Below, piece after piece: positions 53,245 to 64,000 of a stretch of DNA of 64,000 nucleotides. The notes beneath the pieces were generated by a model. It did no database searches and was not told where the DNA came from. It saw only the letters and a program-made list of their open reading frames with translations. This stretch comes from Blastocystis sp. Blastoise (lineage: Eukaryota; Protista; Bigyra: Opalinata), in the NCBI GenBank assembly GCA_039096225.1, contig JBBPEB010000015.1, positions 992,001 to 1,056,000 on the forward strand, written 5' to 3'. Within the stretch, counting starts at the first letter, position 1. Each line of letters starts with the position of its first letter. Position numbers and translations under genes: made by a program.

Positions 53245-54601
53245 TCTCGTCTATATTCTATATGGAACTATACGAAATATCAATACACTATTGATTACAA
53301 AGGCAAAAATGATGTCAATTCTTATTTTTTAAATTCTGTATTCAGTATATAGTTCACGATTATTATGAAAATCTTTAGTTAATCTTGTGTTTTCCCCACA
53401 GAAAAACTCTAATGTTGTTGTCGAATTCGGATTTGTTGCAAGTAACAAAAATGACTTCAGGTTTAAACAAAATTCGTTTTCAAATCATTTTTTGGATACA
53501 TTCTCATTTAAATCGTGTATTGATTTCTTTTGATTTGTTTTCTGAAAGGAACAACTTGAATTGTATAATCAATGTTAGTATTATTTAGAATCACTTAAGA
53601 TTGATCAAACCGAAATGATTTAAAGAAAAACAGTTATAATTCCATTTGAAATTTCTGAAATAATTATTAAAACAAATATAAAAGCAATTTTATAATTCAT
53701 TCTTAGTTGCTTCAGATTGTATTCACTCCATATACGTATACTTGCATATTCTTTAAAAACAAACGAAAAACAAATTTGTTTTTCATGAATGAATATATGT
53801 ACTTAGTTATGTACATTCATCTCTATATCTCAAATTGCTATTAGAATCATTTTTATAATAATCTTATTTTTATAAATATCTATTTTTATGATCTTCAAGA
53901 GATATACAACGATAAATCATTATCCGATATTTATCTTACTTCAAACCTTGTATAATATGTTGTAACTTGAGAAATTCATATGAAAAAGGAATCTTTTTAT
54001 TTTTTGTGCTAACAATTGATTTATTTTTTTTAATAACAAACTTAGCATCAAATGATAATAGGACTCCATATCAAACTATGAGACTTTTATACTTTTTAAT
54101 AGTATTAAAATAATGAAATAGAAACAAGAAAAGTAAATACTTTTTTTATAGGGAAAAGTGTGTCCCAAGAAAACTTTCTTGTAATACAAAAGTTTGAAAA
54201 GCACCCAATTCTTCGATACTTGCTATTTTCTGAGCAAAAAATACTTTCTTGGAATGAATACCATGAATTATCATCTTGAAATTGCTGATGATTCACCGAA
54301 GAGTTCCATTCTTTTTATTATTCACGTTTTTCTTGTTTATTCTCTGCTTTTCTCATGGGAAAATATTTATACGGACATTTTGACTGCGAATAAAATAAAC
54401 ATGACTCTTAATAATTTCCAAGCGAAAAAACTAAAATAAATGGAAAATATTCTCTGAAAAAACTATAACTACATAGTTTAATCATAAATACTAAAAAAAA
54501 ATAATTAATTAATTATAATTCCGATAGTAAGGAATAAAAATATTCGTTATTAACAAGATTCAAGACATTTTTGTTGTTATCTTCGCTTGAAATAAATCAA
54601 A

Positions 54602-56255
54602 ATGGCCGAAAGAGTACAACAATTGTCGCTAACACAAATTGATCATTTGTCTGAACTGTCAGATAGATTAAAATCAAGGAGCATGTCTTGTATCTAAGCT
54701 ATATATACTTTTATTTTATTGATTCTATATTCTTTTTTGTTGTTTATAGTAGCAGAGATTCGTTCCGTATCTCCTTCTGTTAGTGTGATTAGTGATAAAT
54801 CAGAGAATAGGGCGAATGTATCTATTTTGTTTATTCATGATAGCCTATTTGATACTCACATTCTCAAAACTTTTTTTTGTAACAAATATTATGATGAATT
54901 ATATATATAGTTAACTGCCCATAGACTAGAAGTTTTAAGACAAGAAAGAAAAGAAACCAAATTAAGAGCTGATATGGATATAAAGAAGATTACAGCTAAA
55001 CTTGATGAAAAGATGAATATATACTTTGAACAAATGGAATTCAGACAATTATCAACTCTCAACAACTTTATGCAACTATGTATATCATGAATATATTCAA
55101 TAGAATAACTTTAATTTGTTTTTTCTATATAGGTTCTCATTTCGTTGAATTACCCTATGCTGGTACATCACAAAGAGTATTAAGATCTGTTATTGAAAAG
55201 ATGAAAGTATATATATATATTATATATTCTCTTCTTTTACAGATATATAATAATATATTTTTTCTATATATAGGAATATAGTAATTTTTTTGATAATGAA
55301 AGTTTACCAAATCCAGCAGCTAAAGTGTTATATATTATTTCCCCTTTATTACGTATATATATGTTATTATTAATATATATATTATTTATGTTATTATTAA
55401 TATATATATTATTTATGTTATTCTTTATATATATACTATTTATGTTATTCTTTATATATATATTATTTACGTTATTCTTTATATATCTATTAGAATAATA
55501 ATATATAATAATATATATATATAGGTTTTAATATAGAAGAGGATGATGTGTTGATAGATAGTCGTGAGACTGAGACCCCTGATGTTACTAAACATGATAT
55601 AGAAGAAGTGATGAAGAATAGCATACAATGGAAAGATTGGGGTGATGAATGGATTAAAGAACAGAAGGAATTATATCAAGAAGAAGAACAAAAACAACCT
55701 GAAGAGAATTTATTATTATGTAGAATATGTGAACAAAAAATAGAAGCAAGTAAAATGGAAGAACATACTATTTCTTGCTCTCAGTATATATATATATATT
55801 ATTTTTATTATTATATGGTATGTTATAAATATATTTATATAGAAATATGTTAGTTTATTCTTCGAATTCTACTATAAATAAACTCACACGACAATTTACA
55901 TCAACAATCAAACGAATTAATGATTGTGTCACGAACCAGAAACACAATTTATCAATAACTGATCAACAATACCTTATTCAAGGTCAAAGTAATTTACATA
56001 TATATATTTTTTTTATTGTTTTTTTTTTAATATAAAATCTTTTTTTAATCATTTATTATATTTATATTTATATTCATAATATTTCTCTATAGAAGTATTA
56101 TCGTTGATTCTCTCTGGAATATCTACTTTAGTATATAAAGATGAAACTACTGTTGATATAACAAGTCAAAGAGATACCATGTTGCAGGTACTTTATATTT
56201 GTGAAGAACAATTTCAATATCCTATTATTGAAGTTGCTACTCTTTGCCAAAGCTG

Positions 56256-56306
<51 letters not shown>

Positions 56307-58347
56307 CAATCAAACTAATTTTCTTTTATATATTATCATATTTTTAACATTCATGTTTATATATTATTTATCATAGTTCTATTATTACCTAAATATATAT
56401 ATATAAAGTGTATAACACAAAGATTAAAGATTTTAGAAACAATATCTCCAAATGTATTTATAACACATAATAAGATTCCTTCTAAAGTTATAAGTAAACC
56501 AAGTATACGTGATTTCCAACTACTAAAACCTATTTCAAGAGGTGCTTATGGTAAAGTATTTTTAGCAAAGAAGATTACAACTGGTGATTTATATGCTATT
56601 AAAACTATGAATAAACGTGAATTAATACGTAAGAATCATGTAGAATCTATTCAAGCAGAACAACGTATTATGTCACAAACAAATAATCCTTTTGTTGTTA
56701 AATTATATTATAGTTTTCAAAGTCGTAATCATTTATATTTAGTTATGGAATTTGTTAATGGTGGTGATTTATTTTCTATGCTAAAAGGTGTTCATTGTCT
56801 TCAAGAATCTGCTGTAATCAAATATGGTGCAGAAATTGTGTTAGCTTTAGAATATTTACATGATACTTTACATGTAGTTCATAGAGACTTAAAACCTGAT
56901 AATATATTAATATCCAAAAAAGGTCATCTGAAATTAACTGATTTCGGATTAAGTTTGATAGGTATTGCTGAGCGTCATGCTGATCGTCATGATGACGATA
57001 CTATCGGTTGTACTCGTAATCGATATAATAGTAGTCAAAGTTTTATTTATGGTAGTAGCAGTTTTAGTAGTTATGGAAGTAATAATAGCGATAGTAATAG
57101 TTTCAGTATCTGTAAACATAGTTTAAGTCGTAATTCATCTACTTCACCTATATTAAATACTGTTCTTTGTAGTAATATGAATACAGATATTCATAAAAAT
57201 GATAATTATAAACAAAATATGAATAATAAGAATAAGAATATTAATAATAATACTGTCAATCTAAGTGATTCTTCAAGTTTTCTTAATGATGATTCTATTG
57301 TTCATAATCAAATTATAGACAGAGTCTCTAGAACTGATAGTACGAGTACGAATTCCCGTGGGAGTGAGTCTCCTGATCCTTCTGATTCTTTATATACTGA
57401 TCATTATCATACTTCTAATAAAAACTATGAAATGGATATACCTCCTTTTATAAATACAACTTCAAATACTTATGATCGAAATAGAAATGAAACAAATAAT
57501 AATTTCTTAGAAGAATTGAATGAAGTTTTAGAAGTAGTTAAAATTGAAGAACAAATTAATACAGATAAGAATACTATTAAACAGAATCCACAAATCAATG
57601 AATGTATTATAGATGAGAAAATAAAGAAACAAAATATTGAACGTTATTTCCATATGCGTGAAGATCATTCTTCTCCTTGTGGTACACCTTTTTATATGGC
57701 TCCTGAATTACTATTAGGAGATCATGTTGGCCCTTGGACAGATTGGTGGTCCTTTGGTATATTATTATTTGAATTATTAGTAGGAGTCACACCTTTTGAT
57801 GATAATACTAAAGAAAATGTTTTTGATAGAATTATTAATGGTAAACTCACTTGGCCAGATGTATATATAGATCTTATTTTCTTATTTTTATTGCTTTTTT
57901 ATCTTTTTATTGCTTTTTTTATCTTTTTATTTTATTTATTTATTTATTGTTTTTTTATTTTTTTAATTTTTTTATTATTTATTTATTTTTATTTTTTTAT
58001 TTATTTATTTATTATTATGAAATTTTGAAAGTTTTATTTGATTATCATAATTAATAATTCTTCTATATATAGTATAGATTGTATATCATTCTGTATATAT
58101 ATATAGGCATTTGAGGATCTATCTCCAAATGCTAGTGATTTGATTCAACGATTATTGGATTATGATATTACTACCAGACTTGGAAGTCAAGGAACATTTG
58201 AAATTAAACAACATCCTTTTTTCGAGAGTATTGATTGGGATGCACTAAGTAATCAAGTATATATATTTATATTTATATTTATATTTATATTTATATTTAT
58301 ATTTATATATTATTGTTAATTCTATATAATTATTTTCATGTATATTA

Positions 58348-58397
<50 letters not shown>

Positions 58398-58527
58398 ACA
58401 GAAGCTTGTTTTATTCCTGAATTAGAGAGTCAAACAGATACTTCGTATTTTGAAGAAAGATCCAATGAGGATAATATCTATTCTGGATCGGATTCTAGCT
58501 ATAATGATGATGATGATGAAGATGAAG

Positions 58528-58601
<74 letters not shown>

Positions 58602-58740
58602 GGTTTATATAATCTTTCCATAAATACAAAGAAGAAAGGTATGACAGTATCCAAGCGATCTCATAATATTATTGGGGATCCAGAAATAGAACATAAAAGT
58701 CAATTACATTATTTACATTGCGATAGTGATAGTGACAGTG

Positions 58741-58838
<98 letters not shown>

Positions 58839-59183
58839 GATTTATCTATGGAGAACTCACAATTATTCCTTAGTTTTGATTATAGTAATGTATATAATTT
58901 ACAAGGAATTAATTCAGAAATATTGTCTTCTAATACTCCTCTTGCTTCTCCTGTTCTTAATAGTCGATCTAATTCTATATTATCATCAAATGAGACGATA
59001 TATATAGATTCTAATAATAATAATAATAATACTCATCTTAATGAATCTGAAATCAATGCTCTACTTGAAGATGAAGAATTAAATAGTTTGCCTCGTGGAC
59101 GACGTGATTATCAACCAGAAAATCAGCAATCATTTGATTTCACTTCTGTTCCTGATCAATTATTAAGTGAATTTCAGTTATAA
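54602..59183 (+). CDS. AGC Ser/Thr kinase of the Greatwall/MAST/IRE/Rim15 group, multi-exon
   Basis: C2HC finger CRICEQKIEASKMEEHTISC; KPISRGAYGKVFLA, YAIK, HRDLKPDN, DFGLS, ~240-aa activation-segment insert, GTPFYMAPE, DWWSFG, HPFF..IDW, FIPELESQTDTSYF; poly-Asn tail; stop at 59181-59183. Confidence 0.93.
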
Positions 59184-59481
59184 TCAATTATTATTTATTT
59201 ATTTATTTATCCTCTCTATTACTCACAATCATCTATTTTCATATTAAACCTTTTCCCTTCATCTTCTTCTTCTCTTTTTAATTGTCATTTATGGCATCTT
59301 TTTTTTAATTACCTATATTTGCTTGTTTTATTTATATCTATATACTGTATAAATTTTACAGTATAATTCAATTTTAATTATCAGTTATATATTTATATAT
59401 AATTAAGTTATTTTATCAACAAATTATTTCAATCAATTATTTTCATATTATTTTATATATTATTATTTTGTTATTATCATC

Positions 59482-59575
<94 letters not shown>

Positions 59576-61062
59576 CGTATTATTATTATTATTATTAATA
59601 ATATAAATATCCTAATTATGAATAGTATTACAATCCTCTTTATTTATTCAATATTTCTATTTACAACTTTTAAAAATTTGTTTTTCCATTTTTTTTAAAT
59701 ACTCTGTAATCGCTTTTATCTATTTTTTTTTTTTAATTACTGTTTTTATATAGTGTATAATAATGTTTCCATATATCATTTTTTTTTCTACAACCAAATT
59801 TGTTTTCGTTTTATAATATATATCTCTAAAGCATATAATTAATTATTTATTTATAAATTAACCATAATTATATCCGAAATGAGAATTTTAATATAAGAAA
59901 TCCTATTGATTCATTACATACCGTTTTTTTTTTTTAATTATTTATTTTGATTATCATGATATATTTTTTTACATTTTTTTTTAACATATTTGTATAAATG
60001 TTATTTTCTGATCTTTTTTGTATATGTATAGTTTATTATCACATTATTTTATTTTTTCATTTATTAATATTTTTATACTCTTTTTTTTTGTACTATATGT
60101 ATATATATAGCATATATATTATGGAACTATAACAATAGTTCTCATATAATAATATATACAAGCAAATATAATATCATTATGTGTTCCATATGTATATCTA
60201 TATATATTTTTATTACTATACATTATATTTATTTTTCTTTATTATATGCTACAATAAACTGTTTTTCTCTCTTACAGGATTTCTATTTCCTTCATATATC
60301 ATGATCATTATTCACATTATTTCAATAACTCTATATTCATTTTGTAACTATTCATATAGATGTTTTATGTATATACTTTTTTTTTATTTATTTCTATTTT
60401 ATGTTTTTTTAACAATGATTATATATATATTTGTTATTTATAGACTTATTTCTTTATTCTTTTTTTTTTAATTATTTTTGCCATGTGTTTACTATTCTTT
60501 CGTATATATGTATATATTGCGTAATTCTTTACATATTATTTATATATTATTCTCATTATTTATAACAATAGTTTTTCCAGATTCTTATTCAGTTTTATAT
60601 TTTATATATATAATATTTCTTTGTATTTTATAGTTATTTTAGTGAAATTTATATATTTTTTTAATTTGTATATTCAAATATTGTTTCCATTATTTCCTTC
60701 CTATATGTTATCTTATATCTATATTAAGTAATATAATATATTTTGTATTTTCTTATAAAGTTAAACTATTTATTATTTAATTTTATACTTACATTTCTAA
60801 AATAATAGAAACATATATTCATTATTTTCATTTATTCTTCTATTTTTTTTTATATACTATTTTTAATATTTTATATTTAGTTTCATCAGAAAATCAACTA
60901 TCTGTTATTCGCATTAAGAATAAATATTTTATTAGTTGATTTTGATTATTTTTAATAAATAGAGTCTTTATTTGCTTTTAGTTTAGTTTAATTCAATTTA
61001 ACAAGAAAACAATAATCTGTTTGTGTTTAAATAGTTGCTTCTGCAAATAGATAAAATAACTT

Positions 61063-61070
61063 TGTTTGTT
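61063..61070 (+). terminator. TGTTTGTT candidate 3'-end motif of the kinase transcript
   Basis: Exact motif at the point where T-rich + strand sequence switches to A-rich sequence between convergent genes. Confidence 0.4.
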
Positions 61071-61269
61071 TAAAATATATAAAGAAATAAATATCAATAT
61101 TTAAAGTAAACTAAGTAAATAAATAGTTTAAAAGCATGCTACAAGACAATGAATAATATATAGAAAAGAAAAAGACTAAAAAAGGAAAAAAGGAATTATA
61201 CTAACTGAAAAATGAAAAATAAAGTTATTACTGTATTATATATATATAAATTAAACAATTAGAATAAAT

Positions 61270-61408
61270 TTAAAATTTTCCATTATCTTTTAAATACTGA
61301 AGAGCTTTCTGTGCATCTTCCCAAAATACTTGTTTTCCCTATATATGCAATGACATGATAGTTGATTTATTATTAATAAATATAGTAGTAATGTATTAAA
61401 AACAAGTG

Positions 61409-61458
<50 letters not shown>

Positions 61459-61484
61459 CTAAGAATAATAATAATAATAAAAGG

Positions 61485-61518
<34 letters not shown>

Positions 61519-61889
61519 TATACTCGAATAGTTTCTCCGACAATCGCATAATCAGGAATATTTACTGCTTTTTTAGTTTCAACTGCTTTTTGGAATAAAG
61601 GAATAAAATTAGAAATATAATGTAATAACTCTGGTAAATAAGGAGATGAGACTCGATGGGGGTTATTCAGATCATTTGAGGGAGGTATTGCCTTTTGAAT
61701 AGATTGTTGTTGAACATATATTTGTGACGGGGATTTTATATTTAGGCTACTATCAGTAGTAGAATTTGTATTCTTATTCGTATTATTATTATTCGTAGTA
61801 GTATTATTATTATCCATAATAGTTGCATAGGAAGTAGCATTCTATAGAATAATATAAATAGAGTTATATAGATAAAAATAATAGTTAAG

Positions 61890-61930
<41 letters not shown>

Positions 61931-63182
61931 GTTATTATTTGATATATAATATGTATTTGCATTCGGTTGTGAACTCTTCATATAAATATCTGAAGTAGTT
62001 GGGTCAACATTTCTTCTATTAAAGAACGCTGGTATTGTTTTTTCTCGTGTTATTTCATCATTTACAGATTGAGAGGTAACAGAAATAGCTATATACACGT
62101 ATATATATATAATTAATGAATAAATATAATTAATTAATATATATATATATACGTGTTTGGTAAGCCACAGGAGTTGACCATTTATATTGTTCAGGAGTTG
62201 TATTATGACTATATAATAATTAAAAGTCAATACTATATAATAATTCTAAATATATATATACAATAATTTAGCTTCATTTGATTGTTCCTCTTTCATACGA
62301 GCAGAAAAAGATTTATTATTTCGAGTAGTATCAGGATTCTCTTCTTCTTCGATAATAAATACTTGTTCCAACTGCGAATCAGGCTTAAAGGAAACATGAC
62401 GCATATTCTATATATAATAATATATAATAATATATATAATAATATATATAATAATATATAATAATAATAATATTCTATATATAATAATAATAATAAAAAA
62501 TAATAAAATATATACTTTCTTCTTAAGTAGTTGTTGTTCTTCGAAAGATAATATACTAAATGTTTCTAATGCGGGAATAACTGTATTAGATATAGTAGTT
62601 GGTTCCTTCGTAGATATATCTTTATATTCTTTAGAATGATCTATACTTATATTATTTGTGTCAGTAGAAGATGTGATTGGTTGATTAATTGCATTATTAT
62701 TAGAATTGATATCACTTGATAAATCATCAGTAAATGATTGTGTTTCATCAATTATAGAGCCAGAATTGATTGATGGAATACTATTCATTTGTGTCTCAAT
62801 AGCAGAATGTAAAGGATCTAAAAGAGGAAGAGCAAGAGAAGTGGAAGGTATATAGTTATAATTATATGTCATATCTGTATTATTATTAAGTGTATTAATA
62901 GAAGAAAGAAGAGTAGATGATGAATTTGAGTTCTTTAATTCTTTATGTTCCTGTATATTATTCTGTGTATTTAGATTTAAATTAGGAAGAAGAGAAGAAG
63001 GAGTTGTTCTAGATAATTGAGAATTATTTGTATATATAGACACTTGCTTCTGTTTCGATGGAAGCATCTATATTATTAATATAGAAGAGTGAATAAAATA
63101 GAAGATAAAATAATATAAAATAAATAAATAATAAATATTCATATATATATATATGATAAAATCCTAATAAATAATGAATAAA

Positions 63183-63224
<42 letters not shown>

Positions 63225-63773
63225 TTCATTATTTGTTCTCTTTATAGTAGTAGAACGAGGTATATCTTGATTATTAATAATAGTAGTTGATTGATTAGTA
63301 GTAGCTATTGAATCATTCTTCTTATTTAATATTCTCATCCATTTCTCTTTTATTTGAGTTGCTAAGGGGCTTGTTTCTATATATATATATATATATATAT
63401 AATTGAATTAAAATAACTACTTTAAACAACATTATTACTATTATATTCAATTAAATATATAAATACAATATAAAACTAATTATAAATAAAATAGAATACT
63501 ATATATATATACGAGGAGAACCTATTTTAATAACTTTCGTAACAAGTTTTGGGAATTTAAATACTTTTTCTTTTATAATAGTTTCAGTAACAGGAATGTT
63601 ATAAGCCACTTCTAATATACTTTTTACTAAGAAATCAAGTTGGGGAAGTTGATAAGAAGAGAGAAGCCACTGAGTTAATACTTCAAAGATATTATAATTT
63701 ACTAATACTTGTTGAATAGATACAGATTGAACGTCTTTTAATATATGAAGAACCAATGATTTCTCATAAATCT
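61270..63773 (-). CDS. PNUTS/PPP1R10-like PP1 regulatory subunit (TFIIS N-terminal domain plus RVxF motif); 5' end not located
   Basis: TFIIS-N-like VLTQWL...SILEVAYNIPVTETII...IKEKWMRIL; KKK|NMRHVSFKPDSQLEQVFII (RVxF plus hydrophobic pair); KSFSARMKEE; SQSVNDEITREK; last exon GKQVFWEDAQKALQYLKDNGKF* ending at 61270. Confidence 0.72.
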
Positions 63774-64000
63774 ATATATATATATATATATATAATAAGA
63801 TTTTTATTTTTATTTTTAAAGTTTGTCAAGACGGTATACAATAATAAATAATAAACAATAAATAATAATAATAAAAAAAGAGGAAAACAAATATAAAGAA
63901 ATAGATTCTATTTGTCTTTCATAAAATATGTTTTTAAAAAAGAACAAATTCATGTTTTTAATTTTCTTTATGTCATTATTTTCTTAGAAAATGTTTTAAC

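Noticed and set aside
53385-54439. Short ORFs between the divergent P4-ATPase and kinase genes
   Set aside because: No motifs or splice support; most likely bidirectional promoter/5' UTR sequence.

Overview
Very AT-rich, intron-rich eukaryotic DNA. The 34-45 nt short introns, TGTTTGTT 3'-end motifs and a discoidin/putative-Ig surface protein suggest a Blastocystis-like stramenopile gut protist; this is inference. Host genes in order: a 5'-truncated, spliced rifampicin phosphotransferase (RPH)/PigC-type dikinase of bacterial architecture (+); PUS7/TruD (+); a GT49 glycosyltransferase (-); a large ARM-like/low-complexity protein (-); a >2000-aa type I surface protein (-); an intronless cathepsin L-like protease (+); a P4-ATPase (-); a Greatwall/IRE/Rim15-type kinase (+); and a PNUTS-like protein (-, 5'-partial). 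Two DNA transposons were delimited from their ends. (1) A 2785-bp element inside a PUS7 intron has perfect 40-bp TIRs with atypical CTGTC termini, a TTAT duplication and a decayed CMC/EnSpm-type transposase. (2) A 13.6-kb CACTA element (32083-45699; 13-bp TIRs, ATT TSD) carries an apparently intact ~1026-aa transposase, a divergent spliced second gene, a captured intron-containing exportin-7 pseudogene, and a 2.6-kb minisatellite splitting that pseudogene. Many host introns are bracketed by mutually complementary (TA)n tracts. All gene models and homologies were assigned by eye from motifs; no searches were run.
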